Virus record (IMG/VR): IMGVR_UViG_3300025009_000051
Coordinates: 96,001 to 160,000 of that record
Reading direction: 5' to 3' (one strand)
Source: a virus
Length of the DNA stretch: 64,000 nt
Shown: positions 19,281 to 29,615 of the stretch, piece by piece
Numbering within the stretch: the first letter of the stretch is position 1
Layout of the letters: the number at the start of each line of letters is the position of its first letter
The notes under the pieces: generated by a model
The model's input: the letters and a program-made list of their open reading frames with translations, nothing else
The model's database searches: none
Told to the model about the DNA's origin: nothing
Program-made: the position numbers and the translations under genes

Positions 19281-19740
19281 CTAATACAGATATAAATCTA
19301 AAACTTCGTCTGAACAAGGTACACATTTTAAAATATTTTCTTTTGAAATTAATTTATCTCCAGAATTTCTAACATATTCTTCATTAAACTTGGACCAGTG
19401 GCAATAAATTGCCCAATCATTTCCATATCCCTTTACCGCAACCCATCTTAATTCTCCCCCAGCTCGTGTCATAAATAATCCTTCTGGACTATTTGGTAAA
19501 ACTCCTGTTCCTATTTCTTCTCCAGGTAAAATTTTATTAAATTCTTCTAAGGTTAATTGTTTCATGTCTTTATTATTCATATTTTATTCCTCTCCTTTTT
19601 AATTCATCTATTCCTTCATTCATTAATTTAAAAGAATTGCTACGATATTCCTCTAATTCAGGCTTTCCAGTGCACAAACTGAATACTTCTTTAAGCTTAA
19701 CTGTAAGATCAATTAAACTCGATGTTGGTAATGTTTCCAT
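19281..19740 (-). CDS. Two hypothetical ORFs: 19281-19580, 19573-19740
   Basis: Co-oriented overlapping ORFs. Confidence 0.6.
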
Positions 19741-19985
19741 GTCTTTATTATTTAATGTTCGTTTTACAAATATATAGATAATAAATGAAAGAAACAAATA
19801 ATTTTATTGATCTTCTTCGGTTAATATGTTTAAATCTGTTAAAAAATTTTCCACCTTCTCACATGATTCGCCAAGCAAGAAAAGGTAGGTGGCATCATAA
19901 ATTAAAGTTTTCATTTGTTCGCTTGTTGCACTACTAAATGCTGTTTCTAATTGTTTTGTATCAATTTTCATAACTAATATATTAG

Positions 19986-20554
19986 GTTAATAAATATATT
20001 GAATTATAGTAAAAATCTTTGAAAAAACCGAATAATTATCCGCCTATTTTTTAATTAAAATTTGTAAATCAATTAGAAAATTTCTATTGCTTTCTGAGGC
20101 GTCTCCAGATAAATAATTATTTACAGCATTGTAAATTAAAGTTTTCAGATGCTCACTTTTTTCAATTTCAAATATTGTTCGTAATAATGTGGTATTAATT
20201 TTCATAATTCTTATTTTTTAGTTATTAAACAGACTTTTGCAACACTAACCAACTTTCTGGTAAGAACTGACGTATATTGTCAGCATCATACATATAAAAC
20301 CCTTCTTCGTTATAATATGCTTTGGTACTGAAATGAGCGAAAGTTGCTTCTCCGTCTGGAATTAAAAAATAAGCACGTTTCATAACATCGGATATATCTA
20401 ATTCCGATACGTGTCCTAATAAAGTGTTTTCGTTTTCTGGCATTTTTCTATTTATTTAAGTTTATAGTAATTAAAAAATCTGAACTAAAATATATCCAAG
20501 AACAGTTAATAAATATATTGAATTATAGTAAAAATTTTTGAAAAAAACAAATAA
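19986..20554. repeat. ~50-bp direct repeat at 19986-20035 and 20505-20554 flanking two small - strand ORFs (incl. 20225-20443)
   Basis: GTTAATAAATATATTGAATTATAGTAAAAAT(C/T)TTTGAAAAAA(C/A)C(G/A)AATAA present twice. Confidence 0.85.
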
Positions 20555-20592
20555 AAAATAAAAAAATTATATTTATTTAAAACACTATAAAA

Positions 20593-20889
20593 ATGGCAAA
20601 AACAAAATTAAAATTCAGTGATTGGAGAATATTTGAATTCTTAAAAGAAGATAATGGTAGATTTAGCTCTGCAAGATTATTTGCTTTTTTTATAATATTT
20701 AATGCTATTCTTGAATGGCAAAATGCTATTTGGAAAAGTATAGCTTGGACTCCTTCTTGGGAAGAAATATCATTGATTGCAGGTGTATTAGGATTTAAAA
20801 TAGTTCAAAAATCATTTGAAGAAAAGAAAAGTAACAATAATATTCCTACTAAAGAGGATAAAGAAGAAGCTGAAGAAGTTAAAATCTAA
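20593..20889 (+). CDS. Putative holin
   Basis: Two hydrophobic segments, charged C-tail; first gene of the block containing the amidase. Confidence 0.55.
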   Translation: MAKTKLKFSDWRIFEFLKEDNGRFSSARLFAFFIIFNAILEWQNAIWKSIAWTPSWEEISLIAGVLGFKIVQKSFEEKKSNNNIPTKEDKEEAEEVKI

Positions 20890-20924
20890 AAAATAAACAT
20901 AAATAAACATAAATAATTATAGCT

Positions 20925-21491
20925 ATGGAAAACAAAAAAATCGTTCACTTTTATTATATTTTTAAAAATAATAATAAAATAAATTACATGGTGTCGTTTG
21001 AAGAAAATTCAGAAGATATAAAAGAAAAAATTTCAGATTGGGGCAAAAAAAATGGATTGACAATTTTAAAAATAGAAATTGTTGGATATTCTAATGGATT
21101 TAAAGAAGACACAGGCAATGCAAAAAAATTAGATAATTTAGCGCATAGAGAAGGAAAAAAAGAAGTAGAGAATTATAGAAAGAAAGACATGAATGAGCAA
21201 AAAATAAAAATCATGAAACCAGAATTAAAACTCAAATTACAAAAAATAATCAAAGAAGAATATCAAAAACTTCTTGCTGAAGATGATAGATGGATTCAAA
21301 AAGCAACTAAAGATTCTTCTAAAGGGAATTTACATAAAGCATTAGGAATACCAGTAGATGAGAAAATTGGTATTACAAGAATGAATAAAGAACTTGCTGC
21401 ATTGAAAAAGAAATATCCAGACGGGGGTTATTCTAAAGGAGATTTAAAATTACAACGAATGCTGCAGGCAGCCATAAATATGCAATCATAA
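20925..21491 (+). CDS. Hypothetical protein, possibly virion-associated
   Basis: LQKIIKEE and WIQKA...KGNLHKALG motifs. Confidence 0.6.
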   Translation: MENKKIVHFYYIFKNNNKINYMVSFEENSEDIKEKISDWGKKNGLTILKIEIVGYSNGFKEDTGNAKKLDNLAHREGKKEVENYRKKDMNEQKIKIMKPELKLKLQKIIKEEYQKLLAEDDRWIQKATKDSSKGNLHKALGIPVDEKIGITRMNKELAALKKKYPDGGYSKGDLKLQRMLQAAINMQS

Positions 21492-21514
21492 ATAAAAAAT
21501 AAAATAAAAAAGTC

Positions 21515-22165
21515 ATGAGCACAATCACAACTAAATCAATCGTGCAAATAAATTTTCCCGAGTCACAGTTCAAAAAAGTTATCACGGATAAGAATCAAAT
21601 CACACTTCACCATACAGTCAGTGGAGATAACGCACAAGGAGTTGCAGACTGGTGGAAATCAAATCCGGAGCGGGTGGCAACTTGTATTATCATTGAAAAA
21701 TCTGGTGTTCCATTCCAATGCTATAGCTCCCAATATTATGGGTATCATTTGGGCGTGAAAGCAGCTACCTTTAAAAAATATAATTTAGAATATAAATTGC
21801 TCGACATGTATTCGATAGGAGTCGAACTATGCTCTTGGGGAGGATTAGTTAAAAGAGGAGATAAATTTTATAATGCCTATGCTGGGGAAGTTAAAGCTAA
21901 AGATGTTATAGAAATGGATTATAGAGGATATAAATACTTTGATAAATATTCAGATGCACAAATAAATACCTTAAAGGAATTATTAATTTATTGGGGCAAA
22001 ACCTATGATATACCTTTAGACTATTCTGAAGATATGTGGGAATTTAATTTAGATGCCTTGAAGGGAGTTCCTGGAATTTATAGCCATACGAGTTATCGTG
22101 AAGATAAGAGTGATTTGTATCCAGATCCACGAATTATTGAAATGTTAAAATCGTTGAAAAAATAA
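21515..22165 (+). CDS. N-acetylmuramoyl-L-alanine amidase (endolysin)
   Basis: ITLHHT, SIGVELCSWG, YSDAQI and YSHT...DKSD amidase_2 motifs. Confidence 0.85.
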   Translation: MSTITTKSIVQINFPESQFKKVITDKNQITLHHTVSGDNAQGVADWWKSNPERVATCIIIEKSGVPFQCYSSQYYGYHLGVKAATFKKYNLEYKLLDMYSIGVELCSWGGLVKRGDKFYNAYAGEVKAKDVIEMDYRGYKYFDKYSDAQINTLKELLIYWGKTYDIPLDYSEDMWEFNLDALKGVPGIYSHTSYREDKSDLYPDPRIIEMLKSLKK

Positions 22166-22175
22166 TTATGGTTGT

Positions 22176-22694
22176 ATGATTAAATTAAAATCATTATTAA
22201 AATTAAATGAAGTCGGCGATGCTTCGGCTCAAGCTTATCCTGTAAAAAATTTAGACCAGGTAATAGAATTGTTTAAAAATTCGGTTAAGATTAAATATGG
22301 AACTCACGATGAAATATTTTTTAAGACGAATTCAAATGACAGATACATTATAGATTTGAACATTACTCTGGAAAATAATAATAATTTTAATTTAGATATT
22401 TCATTTAGTACTTCAAATTCAATAGAAACCGGTTCCTACGATTATTCCTTAACAAATAAACCCAAAGAATTATTTAAGGTTATGTCAACCATTACAACTA
22501 TAATAAAAAAGATTGCAGAAGCAATCCCAGAAATAACTACAATATCATTTGAACCCGCTAAGAAGGAAAGTGAACAAGATACTTCCGCATTAAGAACAGA
22601 TAGGGCTAAACTATATATGGCATTTATTAAGAAGGCAGTTCCAAATGCAAGGGTAATGACTAATGGTTCTGAAATTACTATTAAGATAAGGTAG
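22176..22694 (+). CDS. Hypothetical protein with MIKLKSLL N-terminus
   Basis: N-terminus shared with the 45414-46172 product. Confidence 0.65.
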   Translation: MIKLKSLLKLNEVGDASAQAYPVKNLDQVIELFKNSVKIKYGTHDEIFFKTNSNDRYIIDLNITLENNNNFNLDISFSTSNSIETGSYDYSLTNKPKELFKVMSTITTIIKKIAEAIPEITTISFEPAKKESEQDTSALRTDRAKLYMAFIKKAVPNARVMTNGSEITIKIR

Positions 22695-22726
22695 AATAAA
22701 TTTGATTAAATTTTTAAATAAAAATT

Positions 22727-23635
22727 ATGATAATATATAAAACAATCAATTTAATTAACGGTAAATTTTATATAGGAAAAGATTCAAAAAATAATCCCGA
22801 TTATTTTGGATCAGGAATAATTCTAAAAAAAGCTATTAAAAAATATGGTAAAGAAAATTTTAAAAAAGAAATTCTAGAATATTGTAATTCTGAAAAGGAA
22901 TTAGATCAAAAAGAAATATTTTGGATTAAAAAATTAAATTCCATTGAGAACGGATATAATATTGCTTTGGGAGGAACTGGAGGAGATACATTTACAAATA
23001 ATCCAAATAAAGAAAAAATTATTCAAAATTTAAGTCAAAAATTAACCGGAGGAAAGTTATCAGAAAAAACAAGAAAAAATATGAGTAATGGTAGAAAGGG
23101 AATGAAATTTTCAGAAGAACATAAACAAAATATAAGTAAAGCTCAAATAGGAATAAAATTTATATATAATATTAAAACAAGACAGATAAGAAAAGTAAAA
23201 AAGAACGAATTAGAAGAATTTTTATTAAATAATTCTGATTGGAAATTAGGAAAAGGAATTACATTAACTAAAGAACATAAAGAAAAATTAAATAACTCAA
23301 GAAGAGGCATAAAATCATCTAATGAGACAAAGCAAAAAATAAGTCAATCAAAAAAAGGAATCAAATTAACAGAAAAGCATAAACAAAATATAAGTATAGC
23401 CCTAACAGGTATAAAATTGTCAAATGAACACAGAAAAAATATGAGTATTTCTCATCAAGGAAAGAAAAGAAAACCTTTTAGCGAAGAAACAAAGAAAAAA
23501 ATGAGTAAAGCAGCTAAAAATAGGCCGGACGTTTCAGATGAAACTAAACAGAAATTAAGTGAAGCTAATAAAGGTAGAATACCTTGGAATAAAGGAATTC
23601 ATTATTCTAAAAATATTAAAGAAAATGAATTATAA
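22727..23635 (+). CDS. GIY-YIG homing endonuclease with NUMOD3-like repeats
   Basis: IIYKTINLINGKFYIGK...YFGSG; repeated SEEHKQNISKA-type motifs. Confidence 0.9.
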   Translation: MIIYKTINLINGKFYIGKDSKNNPDYFGSGIILKKAIKKYGKENFKKEILEYCNSEKELDQKEIFWIKKLNSIENGYNIALGGTGGDTFTNNPNKEKIIQNLSQKLTGGKLSEKTRKNMSNGRKGMKFSEEHKQNISKAQIGIKFIYNIKTRQIRKVKKNELEEFLLNNSDWKLGKGITLTKEHKEKLNNSRRGIKSSNETKQKISQSKKGIKLTEKHKQNISIALTGIKLSNEHRKNMSISHQGKKRKPFSEETKKKMSKAAKNRPDVSDETKQKLSEANKGRIPWNKGIHYSKNIKENEL

Positions 23636-23797
23636 TTGATTTTTGTGTTTTCGGTCTCGATATAACTTCTTTCTTTGACTTTGATGCGGTCCACCTTTAA
23701 TAAGTCCCACATCAATATTTGATTTATTTAACACTTGAAATTGAGTGAGAGCAATATCATTTTTAGTTATCTTATTTTTTGTTTTAGTTCGTTTCAT
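23630..23797 (-). CDS. Small basic hypothetical protein (55 aa), not in the ORF track
   Basis: MKRTKTKNK...GGPHQSQRKKLYRDRKHKNQL read by hand. Confidence 0.55.
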   Translation of the reverse strand: MKRTKTKNKITKNDIALTQFQVLNKSNIDVGLIKGGPHQSQRKKLYRDRKHKNQL

Positions 23798-23800
23798 ATC

Positions 23801-24907
23801 TTAAACAAATTCAATTTTATCAATACTAAAATGAAAGTTATTAAAATATTTCTTATACACTCTAAACACATCTTCAAGAGTCATAGTATCTAAATAATTT
23901 TCTACGTACCATTCTTTATCCATAAAATATTTTCCAACATTTGAAAATCTATTAATATTATCTTTAGCAAATTCAATTCTATTCAATTGTTTAAATATTC
24001 TAAATCTTTCTTCAGTCAAATATTTTTCTGGATTATCTAAAACATAGTTCAATATCTTTTCTATTTTATTAGCTGATTTAATATCATCTGTAAGAGTTTG
24101 AAAATACAATACTCCTTCTTTATTTGTAATTGGTTCTATCAGCATTGATAAATTATAAACCAATCCATATTTTTCTCGAATTAACTTATATAATGGACTA
24201 TTCAATCCTTCACTTAACATTCCAGATATAAAATCTACAATTGCATAATCATCTTTAATAATATTCTTACTTATAGAAATAATAGATACTTTATTAAAAT
24301 GATTCTTATCTTGTGGTTTATAGGTTGGATTATCTTTAAATTCTATTTCTTTATAATCTTTCCTTGGTAAATATTTTATTTGTTCTTTAAATGGATATGA
24401 TTGAGAAACATTTATAATAGCAGTAGGAGCAGAAAAATATTTAGAATAAAATTCATTTGCTTTTTCATATGTCAAACTTTTTAAATCTTTTATACACCCG
24501 ATTGGTCCATAAAAATTTAAATACTTTCTGAATAAATGTTCATGATGGAAAAACGGTTGTTGATCAAAATAATCGGAATATTCTTGTAGAATTATGCTTT
24601 TTTCATTTAAGAATGTTTTTTTATCTACATTAAATGAAGAAATATTTTCTAGAAATTTATATTTAAATCTATCTATTAATTTATCTAATCCTGTAATATG
24701 AAATGCTATTTCAGTGTTGGTCGTAAAAGCATTATTGGAAATTGCGAATTCATCAAATTTATTATATAAATGCTTATTTTGACCGTGCAGCAAATGCTCC
24801 ATTAAATGACTAACTCCTCTAAATCCTATTTCTTCATTTTGAGTGGCACCATTATAAAGTATATAGAATCCAGCTAATTGAGTTTGTGACGAAATATTAT
24901 ATATCAT
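23801..24907 (-). CDS. M16-family (insulinase-like) zinc peptidase
   Basis: HLMEH inverted zinc motif, NAFT, EKSIILQE, SPLYKLIREKYGLVY. Confidence 0.85.
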   Translation of the reverse strand: MIYNISSQTQLAGFYILYNGATQNEEIGFRGVSHLMEHLLHGQNKHLYNKFDEFAISNNAFTTNTEIAFHITGLDKLIDRFKYKFLENISSFNVDKKTFLNEKSIILQEYSDYFDQQPFFHHEHLFRKYLNFYGPIGCIKDLKSLTYEKANEFYSKYFSAPTAIINVSQSYPFKEQIKYLPRKDYKEIEFKDNPTYKPQDKNHFNKVSIISISKNIIKDDYAIVDFISGMLSEGLNSPLYKLIREKYGLVYNLSMLIEPITNKEGVLYFQTLTDDIKSANKIEKILNYVLDNPEKYLTEERFRIFKQLNRIEFAKDNINRFSNVGKYFMDKEWYVENYLDTMTLEDVFRVYKKYFNNFHFSIDKIEFV

Positions 24908-24932
24908 TTTATTTTTATTAATAAATATAAAA

Positions 24933-25940
24933 TTAATTTAAAATTTTAATTCTTTTAGCTAAATACCAAATTCCACCTTGCTTCTCAGGTCTATTCATTA
25001 CAATTGGATTATCTTCAATTTCTACTTTCATCCAAACTCTATTTTTCATAGATAAATGCGGAGCATTCGGTGAACCAGTACAATGCCAATAAGGTCTTAT
25101 TTTAAAATTTTTAGTTGGAATATTTTCTGCTTCTAACCATTCATTTACAGGTAATCTTCTTGTATTATTGATGAATAAAGAAGTGATGTTTCCATCTTTT
25201 AATTTTCTAAATAATTTATATGCAATCATCTTCTCATCATTTTTTTAATTGCCTCTTTAGATTGTATAGATGTTTTGACATCTATAAATTTTTGTTTTTC
25301 TTTTTTAGTTAATATTTTTTTAAAATTTTTAGAGATTGGATTAATACCAATTATTGATCTTTGCCCCGTTTCAATATTCGTCCAATTTATTGGATTAGAA
25401 TCAGTCGGAAAATTTTCATAAAGAAATTGTTCCAATTTGCATGCTTCATCAAAAGAATATAACCCTCCGATATGTTTGTTTAAAAATTGTAATTTTGATT
25501 CTATGATTACCATTACAAACAAATTTTAAATAACTCAATATATTTAATTGTTTTATCTAGACATTCGGCTATTTTCAAAGTATCTTCTTGTTCTTTAGGT
25601 TTATGCCACATTAATTGACCCGTATTTTGTAATATATTCCTTTCATCATTTAACCATTTCAATAGGTCTATTGCGAGCATATTAGAATTGTTTTCTTGTT
25701 TTGTTGACATAATTTTATTATTTATTCTAAAAGATGATTTGTCAATAATAAATAAGTATTTTTAAGATCCTCTAATGAAGTCAATCTTTTAATTGGAAAA
25801 GTTTCTCCTGTCACTTCATCATACTCTGAAAATACCCATCCTTTTCCATCGTGTTCTATACAATAGTCATTATCATAAAATAAGACATCTGATTCTTTAT
25901 TAAAATAGTTTAATGATTCTATTTCTTTTTTAGTTAGCAT
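24933..25940 (-). CDS. Four small hypothetical ORFs: 24933-25229, 25226-25522, 25513-25710, 25722-25940
   Basis: Co-oriented overlapping ORFs. Confidence 0.6.
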
Positions 25941-27689
25941 TTATTTGATTAATTGATTGATTATGTCTTTAAAAATTGATTGTTTTTTATTTCCAATATA
26001 TTTTGCTTCATATTTTATTCCAGCATTTATTGCATTTGTTATTACCATTTTATCTTCTAATACATCATACATATTAATATCAAATGTATCTGCTCCGAGA
26101 AGGTAATATATGTTTGCAACATTTTCTTGGCCCATCCTATGAATTCTATCCTCCAGCTGCAAAAGATCGTCTGGCATCCAGCTTAATTCTACAACTGCTA
26201 AATTTGAAGCGGCTGTTAGATTAAATCCAACTTTACCACTATCTATATTTAAAACGATTAATTTTTCATTTGGATCATCTTGAAATTTTTGTACATATTC
26301 TTGTCTTTGTTCAACAGGTGTACCACCATAAATTCTATTACATTTAAAATGATCTGCTATTGAATCCAAGATCGCCACATGATAAGCGAAACAAACCAGC
26401 TTTTGCCCACTTTGCAAAAAAGTATATATCCATTCAATAACATTGTTTAATTTTCCATGGGCGGTTAATTGTCTTAAATAATTTGCTCGAATTAATGCTT
26501 CATATTTTGATACTTTATTAATTGCTTCTATCTTCTCTAATTTAGAATTTAAAGCATTTAGAACTGTAGGTATTTCATCATCATTTATATCTTCATTTAC
26601 TACTTTATTTTTTAAAATAAAATTAACCAAATCTCTTTTAGCTAATTCATATTCTTTTCTATTATCAATGTCTAAATATACAATAGAACGAACTTTATCA
26701 GGTAATTCTTTTAATACATCTTTTTTATTTCTTCTGATATAACAAACTTGTCGTAATTTTTCGTGTAATTCTTCAAGATTACTTGCTCCATATTCCCACC
26801 CATAATATCCTTCTTTAGCATCGCAGTATCTTAATTTAAAATTTTGAGAACCTCCAAAATCTTGTAATCTATCTAATATTTTTAATTGATGTACCAAATC
26901 TAAAGGAGCATCTCCCGTAGGAGTTCCTGTCAATAACATTTTATATTCTACTTTTCTGGATAGTGTGAATACAGCTTTAGATCTTTGTGATTTATGTGAT
27001 TTGACGAAATGTGATTCATCTACTATCAATAATTTTATTTTTTTCTTTTCTAATATTTTTAAATACTTTGTCAAAGCTTGATAATGAATGATGATTATAT
27101 CTGCTTCAAAATTATCTTTTTTATTATTTCGTATAACAGATATTCTTTCTTTATCAATATCAATCCATTTTAATATTTCATAATACCAATTTAATTTTAA
27201 ACTATTTGGACATATAATGGTAATAGGATATTTACCTAATGTAAAAAAAGAAGCAATTGCTTGAGGAGTTTTACCTAATCCTTGTTCATCGCCTAATAAT
27301 ACTCTTTTATTTTTAAGAATGTATTGAACCCCAGCAGCTTGAAAAGGTCTTAAGGTTAGTTTTAAATTTGGTATTATAAAATCAGTAGATTCGGCAGCAC
27401 TTAAAATTTTATTTTCTTTGTTCAGTTCTTTTAATTGTTCTACAAATACCTTAAATTCTAAAGGAGTTTCAAAATTATAATAAGAACAAAAAGCATCTAG
27501 ATATTCAAGAGTAGTTTTATTTAAAGGAACTTCCCAAAAATATTCATTCCAATTAAATTTTCTACCGGGTATTTTTTTAATATTTTCTTTTAATTCAGCA
27601 GACATTTCATCATTAAAGAAATGAGGATAATGAATGGTAACATAATGTTTTTTTCTTCTTTCAATTAATTTTATATGATAATCGCTCAT
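25941..27689 (-). CDS. SNF2-family helicase/ATPase (HARP/SMARCAL1-like)
   Basis: LGDEQGLGKT, DESH, LTGTP, GFNLTAA and QLEDRIHRMGQ motifs. Confidence 0.9.
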   Translation of the reverse strand: MSDYHIKLIERRKKHYVTIHYPHFFNDEMSAELKENIKKIPGRKFNWNEYFWEVPLNKTTLEYLDAFCSYYNFETPLEFKVFVEQLKELNKENKILSAAESTDFIIPNLKLTLRPFQAAGVQYILKNKRVLLGDEQGLGKTPQAIASFFTLGKYPITIICPNSLKLNWYYEILKWIDIDKERISVIRNNKKDNFEADIIIIHYQALTKYLKILEKKKIKLLIVDESHFVKSHKSQRSKAVFTLSRKVEYKMLLTGTPTGDAPLDLVHQLKILDRLQDFGGSQNFKLRYCDAKEGYYGWEYGASNLEELHEKLRQVCYIRRNKKDVLKELPDKVRSIVYLDIDNRKEYELAKRDLVNFILKNKVVNEDINDDEIPTVLNALNSKLEKIEAINKVSKYEALIRANYLRQLTAHGKLNNVIEWIYTFLQSGQKLVCFAYHVAILDSIADHFKCNRIYGGTPVEQRQEYVQKFQDDPNEKLIVLNIDSGKVGFNLTAASNLAVVELSWMPDDLLQLEDRIHRMGQENVANIYYLLGADTFDINMYDVLEDKMVITNAINAGIKYEAKYIGNKKQSIFKDIINQLIK

Positions 27690-29602
27690 TTAATCTTTTT
27701 CTTAAATTTTTCTGGTAAGTAATCAAAATATGCGTCTTTAGATTTTACTTCTGATAATTCTGTTTCATATCCATTTTCTTGTAAAATATTAATCACATCT
27801 TCAGATAAAAGTAGAGTATTTTCAAATAATTTTTCTGCTATTAATTCTACTAACTGTTTATAATCTTTAATGAGTTTTTCAGTTTCTTTGGAACATTCTT
27901 TTATTATTTTTCTTATCTCTTTATTCTGTTCTTTGATAGAAGAATAAGCATATTCAGATTCTTGTTTATTTTGAACATAAATTAAATCATCATTTAATCC
28001 GTGCTTATAAATTAATGCAGCCAAATTTGTAGCAGAAGAAATATCGGACGCAGTTCCAGTTGAAATGTTTTCACTCCCAAAAAATATTTTCTCTGATATT
28101 GGTCCAGCTAAATAACATTTTATTTTTGATAATATTAATTTTTTGTTTGATTCATGATCCGGATATTCAGTAAAAGTTAATCCAAGACTATCTGCATCTT
28201 TATCTTGTAATGCGATATATTTTGGAATTAATTTGGTATCAATAATATTTACTACCGCGTGCGCGGCCTCATGTATAGAAGTAATGTATTTAATATTTTT
28301 ATCAATTGAAATCGAATCAGAAATATATGGTTTTATAATCCATTGATCATTTTTAAACAAAAGAATATTATTATTCTCTTTGTCATAATCTAAGCTTGAA
28401 GAAGTTGTATTTTCTTCTAATAATTCACTGATAATTAATTCTTCAACATACTGTTTTATATTTTTCTTTATTCTCATTCCTTGAGTAGGAAATACAAATT
28501 TGTCATATAAAAAATCTACAAAATTATCACTATATTTAAATTCAATTAATTTTATTTCTGATAAGAGTTTTTTAATTACTTTGATATAATCTTCTCTTTT
28601 AAATGAATAATAAATAATATGATTGTGACCTAATCTCGCAATGTGTTCTGGATTAAAATATGTTAATAACGCATCTTTAATATTTTTAATAGTGATTTTA
28701 GAAGTAATATCATACAACATATCCGCGGGTATCTTTTCAAATTCAAAACTCATGGTATATAATTGATCCAAATTACCAATCACAAATATCAAACTTTTTC
28801 TTAAATCATATACTTTTGGTTTTAAATCTAGAATAGCATGTTTAGTTAAAATATCAATTATTTCTTTGATAGAGTATTCTTTTTTTCTATTTTCTAATAA
28901 CTTTCTATATTCTAATCTATGATGAATTTTTATTTGCCTTAAAAATTCATCATATATAAAAGATTTTCTTTTTTCTTTTAGTGAAATTGTTTTTCGTTTA
29001 GTAATATTAATGTTAGATCCATAATCATATTCAAGTAATAAATCAAAATATTCAGAATAATTTTCTTCAGGTATTATATTTTTATTTAATTCAATTCCTC
29101 TATTTTGTATTTCTTCTAAAAATTTAATAAATTCTTTAATGCTCGAATGTGAACTATTATACATTGAAACAGTTTCTCCGGTATCTATAAACTTCCAAAT
29201 AAAACTTTTATTTGAATTGCTTTCGATATTATATTGATTTCTTATTGCCGCATATTGAATGTCATCAAATACTATTATTGGAGTATTTGTGTCATACATA
29301 TAACTCATCTTATCAAACTTATAATATAAAGTACCATCGTCTTCATGATAAGAAGGAGCCATATCAAAAGAAGAATATAAATGAGATAAATCCAATTTTT
29401 TAACTAAAGAAGATATCAACTCACTTTTACCTACCCCTGTCATTCCCCATAAATTTATAATGGTAGGAAATGTTTGCTTATCTCGATATAGAAACCAAGG
29501 TTTAATGAAATTAATTAATTGATCAATTTGATAATCAATTCCGACAAATTCTTCTTTTAATTCTTTTTTGACTGTTTCTAATAAAATTATTTTTTCTTGC
29601 AT
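27686..29602 (-). CDS. AAA+ ATPase fused to a C-terminal M41 (FtsH-like) peptidase domain, no TM segment
   Basis: GMTGVGKS Walker A, FDDIQ Walker B, PEHIARLG; HEAAH zinc motif, LAGPISE...TGTASDI. Confidence 0.75.
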   Translation of the reverse strand: MQEKIILLETVKKELKEEFVGIDYQIDQLINFIKPWFLYRDKQTFPTIINLWGMTGVGKSELISSLVKKLDLSHLYSSFDMAPSYHEDDGTLYYKFDKMSYMYDTNTPIIVFDDIQYAAIRNQYNIESNSNKSFIWKFIDTGETVSMYNSSHSSIKEFIKFLEEIQNRGIELNKNIIPEENYSEYFDLLLEYDYGSNINITKRKTISLKEKRKSFIYDEFLRQIKIHHRLEYRKLLENRKKEYSIKEIIDILTKHAILDLKPKVYDLRKSLIFVIGNLDQLYTMSFEFEKIPADMLYDITSKITIKNIKDALLTYFNPEHIARLGHNHIIYYSFKREDYIKVIKKLLSEIKLIEFKYSDNFVDFLYDKFVFPTQGMRIKKNIKQYVEELIISELLEENTTSSSLDYDKENNNILLFKNDQWIIKPYISDSISIDKNIKYITSIHEAAHAVVNIIDTKLIPKYIALQDKDADSLGLTFTEYPDHESNKKLILSKIKCYLAGPISEKIFFGSENISTGTASDISSATNLAALIYKHGLNDDLIYVQNKQESEYAYSSIKEQNKEIRKIIKECSKETEKLIKDYKQLVELIAEKLFENTLLLSEDVINILQENGYETELSEVKSKDAYFDYLPEKFKKKIK

Positions 29603-29615
29603 TGTTTAAATTTAA

